Positions 51,851 through 64,000 of a stretch of DNA of 64,000 bases are shown in pieces. The notes below the pieces were generated by a model. That model searched no databases, was not told the DNA's origin, and saw nothing but the letters and a program-made list of their open reading frames with translations. A program made the position numbers and the translations under genes. The stretch is from Auanema rhodensis (Eukaryota > Animalia > Nematoda). Every line of letters begins with the position of its first letter. The first letter of the stretch is position 1. The DNA is taken from NCBI GenBank assembly GCA_964057225.1, contig OZ059897.1, positions 15,500,001 to 15,564,000 of the forward strand. Reading direction: 5' to 3'.

Positions 51851-54800
51851 ATGGTGGATACAGTTTTTTCGCCATGGAGGCCGCTACGTCAACTCCGATC
51901 AGGATCTGTGGATGATACTCCAACAGGGAGACGAAATAATCCTGTATTTCGTAATACATTTAAGGCTACTGCCATGGTTTACAATTCTTCGTTCTGAGGT
52001 TCAGAATATTTATTTGAGTTTTTAGTGGAATGATATTATCACCTCTTTCGTTGATGAGGGACCAAGAAGGAAGCACAGAAGGCAATTTTCGTACATAGAG
52101 AATTCATTCACTGGAAAAGAGGCTGTTGATTTTCTCATGGACGAGATTCCCTCAAGATTTCTGAACGGACGTACTGTATCTAGGTTTTTCTTAATATAAA
52201 GGCTTAAATTTACGTCCACTTCACAGAGATAACTGCGTAGCTTTGTTGACAAAATTCTTAGAAAAGAAAGTAATCCAACGCTATCCACCTTCCGAGAAAA
52301 TGGAATTCCGTGATGGAAATTCTTTGTATATGTAATTTTTTAAACATTACGCACCATTTTTTACTATAAAGTTTTAGACATGCTGTGCAACCTACAGCGA
52401 AGACACCAAAACTTATTGCTGAAGGTACTGATCATACAGGTGGATTAACTGCGGTATCAGAAGAAAATGTGAGCACGGTTGGGTATGTGTAATTTAACTA
52501 ATCTAATATACTTGTTTGTTTTAAGTGTAATGAAACGATGTACTACACCTGAATTTCTACGCTATAAAGGTTCACCTCTTAAGTCTACCTCAAAATGGGA
52601 TAGAAGAACTTCCATGTCTCATGGTAATCTGGCGTCTTTAGTTTCTACATGTCCAACCGGGGAAGTACGCTCAAAAGTTTGTAATGCCTTATTTACTTTC
52701 TGTTTAAGGATGTAGCTATACATGTAAGTCCTCGAGGACGAGGAGTTTCAGATAGTAAATCTATTTCAACTGCTAACTACGATAATATAATAGATGAGAA
52801 GTGTAAGTAATTTGTTTTATATATTTAAATTACGTGTTCCTTTTAGCAAATCCATTTCCTGTGGAGGAATCTGCTGAAGAAAAAGAAGAAGGTCAAGATG
52901 GTAACTATGTTTGGTTATCGTTCGGAAAGCAAAAAAAAAGAGATGCTGAGGTAGTTTTACCTTTTTTTGATCTTATAAAAAAAAAAAGATAAAAATAACT
53001 TTCAAACTTAAGGTTAGAAAAACTTTGGGAGAAATCAATCGAGATTTGCATTATACGGGTTCCCTTAAATATAAATCGACGACTGGATCTGAAAACAATA
53101 ATGGTACACTACTTCATGTAAGTTTTAAAAAAATGTGCTCTGCTATTATTTTGTTTAGACCCGCGCGTCTATAAAATTCCCAGAAATCGATGTTCACAGT
53201 ACTTGGAGGAACATGATGCTTTCGAGGTAAGTGAAAACTAGTAATATGTATTACCCAAGTAATGATATTTGAGACTAAGACAAGAACTAGGAAGTGACGA
53301 TTTATCATTCATCAATTGGAATGTAAATGGTTTTGATATTAAATGGAATGCTGAAAAAATTGGAAGCAGTGGTGTGGTTAAGTCTAAATCTGATAAAGGT
53401 ATTAATATAGAATTTAATTTACTCATTATAAATTTTAAAAATTTAGAAGAATTTTCTTCGTATCTTGTGCGTTTGATGAAGTATTTGGAACAATTTCCGT
53501 TTCCCACTGGTTCTTGCAATGTTATAACCTACAAGGAGTTTCAAGAGGTAACGGTCTTCTATTATAAAATAAAACTCTGTTTACTTCAGGTTAATGTGTT
53601 TAAAACAATTTGCTCTAATTTATCACGAGAGCCACCTATTCTCAACAAGGATGAATCATCCGCTATTTTACATTTACTTTCCATTTTCAATGATCGACAA
53701 AAACTTGAATCACCATCTTGTAAAATATTTGTTTTTATCATAATTAACATGTATAGCTTTTCAGTACCTGCCCATAAAGAAATAGAAACAGTTTTCGGCG
53801 ACAGCCAACCTTATACTAGAATTGTAGATAGAAAATTTCCCACTTTTATGGTTTGCTTGTTAATTTAGGACTAATACTCATTTTTCATTTTTATAGTCGA
53901 GCTCCTCAATAGCATCTCCCTGCTCGGACTTGTCTGATACTTCTGTTCGTCTACCTCCTGCAATCCGCACTAATGGCATCTCTGAAGATGTACGATTCAC
54001 TTTTTCTGCCAGTAGAGATGATGGGTATTTGGAACATAATTATTTTTTCATATTTCTACATTTTTAGCATTTTTGACACATTGCCTAAGACTACGGAAAA
54101 AGGAAGACTTAGAAGACGAAGTGATCGTCTATGTGAGTTCGATTTTGTCTTATTTTTTTATGTAAAAATTAATTTATTTAGTAGAGGAAAGTGTAGATGT
54201 TAATGATGCTCTTGGCTTACCTGGTTTGAAGAAAAGTCCAGATGTTGTTTCAAAAATTACGCAGATGTGTACACCACTTACTTCTGGAGGTATGTATTTA
54301 TTTTTTAAATTAATTTAAATTTCTGTTAAGTTTCTGGCAGAACAACCTCTTGTTCGTATCGAACGGCACCTGTTACTTTCAGCCCATCTATATACAGTAA
54401 GTAATTATTTAGAATAATTTAATCTTCTTTGATTCTTAAGATCTCCCACGCGGCGTCTTGAGCTCACTCATTATTTGTGTTTCTCTCGTTTTATTATCAC
54501 TTCGAACATCCAATCGACGAAAGTTACACCATTTAATTAAATTTATGAACAAAATTTCTTCAAACCACTGTTTACAACTGGAGCCAAATTCGACGAACCG
54601 TGCAGTGGTATTTTTTACAGTCACAACTATGTTAATTAAATATATTTCTACAGTTGCTGGAATCTCTCACTAGCTGCATTGTGTCATGTGATGACAATTT
54701 ATCACCATATCAAGCAATGGATTTAGTTTCTTTGCTAATGGATTTCGAAAGAGAGGTGTTCTCTGTTGATGATAAATTAAAAGCATCTGTTTCGGAAGCT

Positions 54801-55270
54801 GTTCGTGATCGTCAACGTCGTCAAACGGGACTGGTGAGTCAATTATTTTCATAAGTTGTTTACTTACTTGTCATAGATTATTTCTACTGCGGAGCCTACT
54901 TTAAATGATGTTCCAACACCACCGAATAATGTTATTCAGTTCTGTGAAAAAATTCAGGTTATTTAAACAATATATCAGAAAATGTTCATTATTTAAGCAT
55001 TCGAATTATGTTGAGCAGCAAACTTCCCAGGAAGATTATTTGATACCTCTTCTTGAGCAGATTCTGACGGATACTCATATTAAAGAAGCTGACAGGGATA
55101 AGAAGTTGAAACAGGTAACTATCGTTATCTATCTTTCTATTCAAATGTATTCTTTTCAGTTCAAAAAAATGCATCCTGACGTATACAGAAAACGATTCCC
55201 TAACGACAATGCTTTGAAAATTAACAAAGATGCTCATAATGGTTTTCTCAGGCGTTTTTTTAATAGGTAG
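51851..55270 (+). CDS. let-99: DEP-domain protein of the DEPDC1/LET-99 family
   Basis: FKATAMWNDII...KHRRQFSYIENSFTGKEAVDFL (DEPDC1-type DEP), LRTSNRRKLHHLIKFMNKIS (RhoGAP-like region), C-terminal KKLKQFKKMHPDVYRKRFP. Exact orthology unverified. Confidence 0.8.
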
Positions 55271-55454
55271 TTTTCATTGTTTGTTGTATGTAATATAGTT
55301 GCATCTGTATGGTTTATCTTTTTTTGTATTATTGTTAATCTGATTCTTCCCTTTTTTCTGAAATTCCACGATTCGATTGATCTCAGGTAGCAACTACCAT
55401 ACGCATGTTGTGTCCCACTACTTTCAAAATTCTTTATTATAATTTATACGTTAT

Positions 55455-58400
55455 TCAACAGATACTGATATTAATTGTACATGCAGTGACTAGTTTTTCG
55501 AAATCACATTTATAATTTGGCTTAGCTCTCACATTTATTTCAAGTTGTTTTAGCCTATTGGTATTCCATGCCGAAGTGATGTATAATGAGCCGATAGAGT
55601 CCCGACAAATTTGAGATCCACGACTGAGATCAAGTGTAGACACGTAATTTCCTAATTTGTTTCAATTATTATTGAATTGTTTGAAGTAATAACCTTCTTT
55701 AATATAAAATAGACACAATTTTCCTTCTTCTGTCAGAATCCACAAATTTTTAGACAAAGCTTGTATTTGACTAATCACAGGTAAATTTTTGTAATCTGGT
55801 CTCGTCCAATCTAAAAGAGATAATTTTACAATTTCAATCAAGAAGAAAACTAAAAAATACCTGTACATTCCATATCTATTTGATCACTGCAATATCTATG
55901 AAGCAAGTGATTTTCTGTTGTGACAGCCCAAACAGAGTGGCCAGATTCAACGGCAATAGCTTTGATCTTATAATCACATAATATCTAAACTTCAAAATTG
56001 AAAATTCTAGAAATGATAAACACAAACATGTTTCCATGTGCATCCTTCTGGAGATTTTCCATCTACACCTTGTCGTACAACTAGGTTTCCATCAATTGTA
56101 ACTCCCCAGACAAATATCTTTAATAATTTTGAAATAAAATATATTTTTACTCTTAAGTTACCCTGTCGTCCTGCTGCTTTTGAACATGAATGCTCTTCAA
56201 AAGTAGACCATCAATTTTTTTCCAAGGACCACGGCATGCAAACTTTGCTGTCCGGTGCCAGTAACGAACACGGTATTTAGGACTTTCTCCCTGTTCAGCA
56301 CTTCAATGAAATAACTAGGAAGACAAAATATACCGGTTTCCGAGCACTGTATGGGCCAGGAGCACTATCTGAATATAACCATCCCTCGTCATCGCACCCC
56401 TGCTTGTGAATGCTAATCCAATCGTCATCAATCCAAGCCCATTTATTTGAAGGCAAACGATAGCTTTTCCCATTTACAGTCATGTCACCTTCCATCCAAG
56501 CGGATAACCCATTGGAAACCCCAATTATTGCTATATAACCTCTAAGAAAGGCGTTTCGCTGGTATTCTTTAATCTGGATATAAATTTATAGTGTGTACAT
56601 TAAGTTATATCTTACTTCAATATTCTTTTTATCAGTAAACTCATGCCCGAAATCTGAAGCTTGGAAAGGTGACCATGTGCTGTCTAGAATGTATGATTTT
56701 CCTTCCTAAGAATAGATTACATATATATTAATATTTATTCAATTGCCTCGTTAATAGCCCAAATAATTCGTTGGGCACCCGCAGAGACTTGTTTGAAATG
56801 ACCCGGTAGAACAACAGCTCTCATTTTATCCAAACTCCGTTGTTCTGCCTAAAGTTGCAGTACGGATAATTCAAGATGAAACGTATTCTTACATTTCCAT
56901 TCGAAGCTATAACTAACTCATTCATAGGATGACATCTAATAAATCCTCCGGGCGATATTGTCCAAGCTGCTTTAAAACGATTTTCCCTAGGAGACTCAGC
57001 TAATGAAGTTATGATTACCTGTAATCTAACTATAATCACTAAAATCATTTGTACAATTCGTGCATTTTGAAGTATATTTAGCCAATCCATCCGTTCTGAC
57101 TCAGTAGAGAAACCAACTTGATAGTATTTAGTACCGATAAACATCAAGCCTATGCAACAAATAGTTGTAGGATCAAAGCATTCCTCCACAATTTGTAGCT
57201 GTTAATCAGATTATTTTTCTCAAAAAAAAATCGTAAAAATCAAACTTCGTGTCGGCATTTTCGCACTCCACTTCTGGATGTTACAATTTCAATATCATCT
57301 TTGCATATACGAATGACTCCGTCCTACGAATACATTTGTTTTACACCTAGTGATTAGATAAAGCCACCTTATACAACCTCTCTGATGGTAGTTTTATCTT
57401 CACCTTCGATGACTTCATCCATCCGTCCATCAGCTCCCAATCATCATCATTAGTGTCATTGTCAGGATATTCATTTCCTTTTTCGGCGAATGTGTGGGAA
57501 TAATTTTCACTTTGTTGAATAAGTCGTTGCAAAATCTTTAAAGGAAATTTTATATGAGACTAAGATAGGGATTGTAATGTTACATGCTGATAACGATTGA
57601 TTATAAATCAACTTAATATAAAAATCATATATCAGCACAATAATGGCGCTTGATCTTCGAAAAATAGTATAGTAACTTTTAAACATCTTACACTATTTCT
57701 CCAATCCGCAGATGCGAAATTATTTTCTACTCGAAGGTGGAATGCCTGATTAGTCCAATGTTTTGGAATGGAACTGCACCCAGAAGCGCAAACCTGTAGA
57801 ATCAAAAGTAAAAGACCAATTCAATATGTTAATACATACAGCAGACCAGTATAAATTACTCTCTAATGTTCTTTCTATCAATGGAATAAAGCGTCGTCCA
57901 GCAGACTCATCAGGTGTGATTCCCTCCCGAATTTCGATTTTATTCTTTTCATTCAAGCAAAACAACTGAATTTTTTAAAGAATTAGTTTAAGCCATAAGA
58001 AAGTAAACAAACGGTCATGAAACCGAGATATAATGATTATTTTTAAAACTCACTACTCCCGAAGAGGATAAGCTGAAAGCTCGTTTTCGCAGAGAATTTT
58101 TATCTTGAACTTGCACATAAGATAAAGCAGTGACAGACTTCCAATCTTGCATTGTTCTTGAACTATTTGCTTGTAAAGGATGCATCCAAACCTTCAATAT
58201 GATTTTTGTAATAAGAATGTTCTATCAAAGTTAAACTTCGCCCCCCACTGTGGTTACCCATAACGAATTGTTGCCTAATGTAGCTTCTGTAACTGGTAAG
58301 GAATGTGGTGTTGGGATGTTATGCCAAATAATACCCGTGGGGGTTACTAAAACCAGCATGATTATATATACTATGATTATGAAAACATACCGTTATCAAT

Positions 58401-59500
58401 TCCCCACCTCCAAAATATTCTACCATCCCATGTTCCAGCTATCATACTTGGATAGTACGGAGAACACGACAAGAAAACTATATCTTCATGAGAATCTAAA
58501 TACAACTTTGACTCAACTCATATAACACTTCTGACGAACCGGACTTATTTATACCTTCCATAACTATCCAATCTACTCCTTCCGGGCTCTCTATTGTTAT
58601 TCCTATTCTACTGTATATGATACCGTCACTTCCCAAACCATACAGTATAAAACCCCCATTTTTAAAAGCAGATGAACATCCTGCAGCTATAGCCAAGAAG
58701 GTTATTCCATAGTCTGGCATCTGTAGAAAAATCGTTCTTCTTCTCATTAAATTAATACCTACATACCTTCGACCATTGTCCTGCCACTATATATCTCATG
58801 TATCTTTTTAGCATACGACGTCGCACTAAGGTTGAAGTTTTTGGCTCTTTGCTCCAATTGCCTTGTTTTCCAAAACCAGTAGCATACTCCCAACCCCATA
58901 ATGAAATAAGTTATTTTTAAAAACTATGCTCGCGATCAAAACTTCTTTATCCGTACAATCATCAACTTTATATGACCAATTTTCTTCCCATCGCCAAGCT
59001 ATGGAGGGCAAAGATAGTAACACTAAGAATATTCCGTTTGTCAAAGTTCAGAACAGAAAAAAACAAACAAGGAACAATCGTTTGGCCATCTTCTGTTGAG
59101 AACTCAGACCGATCCGTTGGTAAAGTTTTAGAATACCCAAGAAAAGGATACCAGCGCTGGCAATTCAACTGTTGATTTGCCTTAAGGCCAAAGACCAACC
59201 TGATTTTGATAGTATTCGATCAACTTTCGTACTACAAGGACACTTGGTTTTAAAAAAATATAAATAGACCCTTCTGAATCCACAGCAAAAGCTGAAGATG
59301 AAGTACACGTAATATTTATAACTTTGATATGTTCGTCCAAACTTATCGGATACGGTCGCCACTCAACCTCAGATTTTAACTCTTTAAGAATATAAAAGCT
59401 GAATAAGCAAAGCAATGCTTCACCAACCTGGCTTATCAATTTGATCAATACAATAAGGTATACCCTCTCCATTGACGACCCATAACCACCCGTCACTCAT
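55455..59500 (-). CDS. TECPR1: Tectonin beta-propeller repeat protein with dysferlin and PH domains (3' end approximate)
   Basis: YQNQRWYPFLGYSKTLPTDRSEFS and WRWEENW (DysF); YSRIGITIESPEGVDW and REGITPDESAG (tectonin); VGFSTESERMDWL (PH); second DysF LPSNKWAWIDDDW...GWLYS. Confidence 0.85.
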
Positions 59501-59860
59501 CTGAACTTCTTTTGTATTCTTTATTCAACTAACTATCAAATAAATAAAATATTTGATTAGCTAGACACTTGTGTCGTTAAATGAAAAGCAGACAGATTTA
59601 TAATTCTATTCTTATAAATACATACATAATTTCAAATTACAAAAATCACAGTGAAGAAACAATCTACAATAGAACTTTCCTAGCTTAGTAATGTATTATT
59701 TTGCTAATACTAATGAAACAAGCAAAAAGGTGATCACGGGTACTGATCGACTGTACAGATGGAAATGACAACCAGATTAATAAGTGCTATTTCTGTCGGG
59801 AGCGACAGTTTTAAAAGGAAAAGAAATGGAATGTATGTTTTACCTTGAACACTAAGTGAC

Positions 59861-60753
59861 TTATTTCTTATTTCCCATGGTTGCTTTGTTAGTCTGCAAC
59901 AGTAAAATAAGCTTAATTGCACAAAAATAATAATTACCTGTACGATGCCGATGATCATTCCGAAGAGACCAATGGCAGAAGCGAAAATTTCGATAATAAG
60001 AATCTTAACGAAAAGGGCTGGGTTAGCAGCATCAGCAATAGCAGCACCGGATCCAACAATTCCTGCACAAAGGTAAAACAGTAAACAAAAGCAAAAACAA
60101 TTTGTGAAAAGGACTAACCGACAGCGAGACCGCAAACCAAGTTGGAGAAACCAACAGTCAATCCACCACCAAAGATCATGTATCCTGCGGCAAGGTTGCT
60201 TGATAGAATAGCAAGACTGTTGGGGTCATTAAGATCGATAGCTTCTCTTGAGAAATCCTTTAATAATATTTATTTACTGTCATATCATAAATATTTAATT
60301 TCAAACCTGAAGCTTTCCGACAAAGACAAAAGCCATAATAATTCCAAAAATGGCGACGGCTTCGCAGAAAATAATAGAAACTAAATTTTTCGTACGAATT
60401 CTTGGAGCCTTAACACCACCACCAAGAATGGAAGATCCAGTTGTGAAAATTCCCCTAAATTGTTATAAATCTGCATATTGCTCATCTGATTTTGACTAAC
60501 CATCCAGCTCCAAGAACAGAGAGGGAAAGGGAGAAACCAATACCCAATCCAGCCCACATATGAGGAGAAGTTGAAGTCAAGAACCAAGCAATATCAAATC
60601 TGTGTCCTTGCCCAGTAAGCATGTAGAACAAACCTTAACTTTGTGTTCTTCTACTTATTCTAATGAATGTTATAGCTTACCTGTTCCAATAAGAACGAAG
60701 GTTGTGATGGTAATGACCGCATATGTGGTTTTGAGTATAGCACCCGCGGCCAT
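59861..60753 (-). CDS. vha-4: V-ATPase 21-kDa proteolipid subunit c'' (ATP6V0B)
   Basis: [62 protein letters not shown], with the extra N-terminal helix. Confidence 0.96.
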
Positions 60754-61133
60754 GACTAAAAAAAATATTGATAATAGTTACTGAAAGCTGAAAAATGAAC
60801 CGGAAGAGTGAGTAAAACGAAAATTTGCTCAAAAATTAAAAATTCCGTTTCATCAACCCGAAAAAGCATTAAAGACCAACTTCTGTTCTCGGTCGATCAT
60901 GGATACACTTAGGGCGTATTCATACACTTTTGCAAACACGCCCCACACTCCGACGCACTACCATGCAAAAAGCTAACTCTAACACAAAAAAAAAAAAATA
61001 CCAACGTGAATATATATCATCGGATATTCTCATACATAATGCTGAATATTGAAATGCTTTAATTTTTCAATAACTATATGGTTAATATTATTCAAGATTG
61101 CTTTCTTCTTCGAGCGATTCTTTTTAGTTTTGG

Positions 61134-64000
61134 ATGCGAAGGCTGCTTGACGAGGTTAGATTTATTATGTAAGTCTGTATAAACGATTTGTTTACTCCAG
61201 GAAGAGCCTGAATCAGTGTCTCTAATTTCATCACCTGTAAGAGGAGCTAGTTTCGCTAATAATCGTCGTTTCAGGGTATTTTTTAATGTTTAATATATTT
61301 TTTTACTCATAATGTGCTTATAATTAGATGGATCGGCGGGCAGCTACACGTGACATTTCGCTAGAAGAAGTGAATATGGAGAATACATTTGGAAGTGGAA
61401 ATGCTGACTCAGGTGTTTTTTAATTTTTTAAAAATATTATCTTGTTCTTACCTTATCAGCTTTCCGTGTAGCATTTCTTCGTTAACTTTCATTTTTGATA
61501 TTTGTATGCACGAAAATTCGCAGTTGAAAATTTTATGATTGTTGAAGATTTTACTTATTTGTTCACTGACGTATGTTTAGAAGGCGTTGGATATGCATCG
61601 TTTAATGCAGGCGGGCATATTAATGATATAGAGGAAGAAGATTCAGCGCAAGAAAATGCTCTTCCCGTGTTCAGGTTTTTGATTCTTTTTTTAAAATAAA
61701 AATTTTTGTTTTTAGCAAATATGGAGATTTCCACACTATTGACTGGCAAAGAGATTTAGCTCGAGATCGATTTCGACATAAGCATATTTTACACAAAAGG
61801 TTTTCGTTTTCGACATACTGTTTAATATTAATATCATATCTACAGAGCTGATTTTCCCCTTGGTTTACTTCAAGCTGCGTGGGATGCAGGTGCAGGTTGG
61901 ATTTGTGTTCTCATGGTGGGAATGGCTGCCGGAGCTAGTGCTGGTATTATCGATATTGGTGCTCGTTGGATGAGCGATTTAAAAGTATAATATTTTTTTC
62001 GATCTTCCTTTGATGTATTTTACATAGGATGGCATTTGTGCTGACCGATTTTGGCTGGATCGTGAGCATTGCTGCTGGTCTTCAAATGATACAGCTTATA
62101 AGGTTTGTTTTAATGCTTGTAATTTTTTAACGAATAAGCTTAAAGGATAACGATTGTAATGCTTGGACAACGTGGCCGAAAGTTTTTGGCTACGAGAATG
62201 AAAATTCATTTTATTATTTTGTCGACTATATATTCTACGTAGGATGGGCAGTATCGATGGCAACTCTTGCCGTTCTTCTTGTAAAAGTAAGGATTAAGGT
62301 ATTGAAAAGCGGTCATTAACATATATAGGTGTTTGCTCCATACGCCTGCGGTTCTGGTATACCTGAAATTAAATGTATATTGTCAGGATTTGTAATTCGA
62401 GGTTATCTCGGAAAATGGACTTTTATCATTAAGTCTGTTGGTCTTATGCTTTGTACGGCTTCAGGTAGTTTTTGGTTATAGTTCTCTAACTTTTGTTTTG
62501 TTTAGGATTATCTTTGGGAAAAGAAGGACCTATGGTACATCTTGCATGCTGTATTGGAAACATTTTTTCCTATTTATTTCCTAAATATGGTATGAACGAA
62601 GCCAAAAAACGTGAAATTTTATCAGCTTCCGCTGCCGCCGGTGTCAGTGTGGCTTTTGGAGCACCGATTGGAGGAGTTTTATTCAGGTTTTAATTTATAT
62701 ATGTATATATTTTGAAACAATTGATTCAAAATATTAGTTTGGAAGAAGCTTCTTATTATTTTCCTCTGAAAACAATGTGGAGATCCTTCTTCTGTGCTTT
62801 AGTTGCTGGTATTATTCTACGTATTGTAAATCCATTCGGAAGCGATCAAGTAGTATTCAGATTCTTATCCATGCTTATAAAATATTTTTAGACTTCACTT
62901 TTTCATGTTGATTATATTATGCGTTGGACATTCGTTGAATTATTCCCATTTGCCGCTCTTGGAGCATTTGGGGCTGTATTGGGCTGCTTATTTATTTTTG
63001 CTAACATTAAGTAAGTATGATTCATTTAACATTTTTTTGTACTGTAGGGGTTTAGGTGGTGCAGATTCCGTAAAAATTCTAAAACATTGGGTGGAAATCC
63101 AATCTACGAAGTTGTTGTTGTTTCCTTTGTAACAGCGGCTATATCATACTTTAACCCTTACATGCGGAAAAGTGCTTCTTCTATGATTAAACAAGTTAGT
63201 TTTTTTTTTAATTTTGTCTGGTGTTATTCTCGTTTCCTTGCAGTTATTTGATCGGTGTGGACCAGAGGATTACATGGATAACCTTTGTGATTACAGTAAT
63301 CAAACATTCACATCTAACAAGGTTGACGATAATTATCACACTGGCGTGTTTGGAGAAGGAGTTCATGTTAGTTTGAGTTTCATATTTGTTAAGCTGTAAC
63401 ATATTAACTTTAGGGTGCTTTCATTCAATTGTTAACTGCTTTGATTTTCAAGTTTATTTTTACAATTTTTACTTTTGGTATTAAGGTATAATTTTCTATT
63501 TTACCCAGTTTATTTGTTACTTTTAGATCCCATGTGGCCTTTTTGTTCCGTCAATTGCTATGGGGGCAATTTCGGGACGAATAGTGGGCATGATGATGGA
63601 GAGCCTTTTTAGAAATCTACAGGTACCATTTCTTTTACATTTTATCCTTTCTACAAATGTTTTCAGGAGGATGGAATAAATGCTGGGCTATGGAGTTGTC
63701 AAATTGGAAAGGACTGTGTCATGCCTGGCGTATATGCAATGGTTGGTGCCGCAGCTGTTTTGAGCGGAACAACGAGGTTGATTTTACAGAATTAATTTGT
63801 TGTATTATTTTTTGTTATAGAATGACTGTATCACTTGTTGTGATCATGTTTGAGTTAACAGGCAGTTTGGAGCTGATTGTACCTACTATGGTTGCGACAA
63901 TGTTCTCAAAATGGATTGGCGACGCCATTTGCAAGGCGGTATGTATATGTTTAAAACAATTTTTGAAGAATTTGTTTAAGAGTATTTATGATGCTCACAT
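61134..64000 (+). CDS. clh-5: CLC-3/4/5-type 2Cl-/H+ exchanger (3' truncated; start approximate)
   Basis: [30 protein letters not shown] (gating Glu), FSLEEAS (proton Glu), [23 protein letters not shown]. Confidence 0.95.

Overview
AT-rich eukaryotic DNA, almost certainly nematode: introns are about 45-60 nt with GT...TTTCAG/TTTAG ends, TTTCAG-type acceptors lie just before several start codons, and the gene families are nematode-like. The ORF track shows only exon fragments, so the gene models were spliced by eye. (1) 1-8.3 kb: four protist-type (GH25-like) lysozyme genes; two are identical copies in a 2.5-kb-arm palindrome that also duplicates part of a decayed mariner element. (2) 9-35 kb: mostly secreted or surface genes: a CxxxC-repeat Cys/Gln-rich protein with a tRNA-Cys in an intron, a Gly/Tyr-rich caenacin-like peptide, a histidine acid phosphatase, two unrecognised small genes, an acid sphingomyelinase, a FkbM/METTL24-like methyltransferase, tRNA-Ser, and a 10-intron gene for a bacterial-type TolB/PD40 beta-propeller with signal peptide and GPI-like tail. 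This last gene is the best horizontal-transfer candidate. (3) 35-46 kb: gene-poor interval with microsatellites and several CACGTGA E-boxes. (4) 46-64 kb: compact block of BPI/LBP-like, coa-7, rad-23, DEPDC1/let-99-like, TECPR1, vha-4 and clh-5 (truncated at the window end). No database searches were run; family calls rest on motif recognition from memory.
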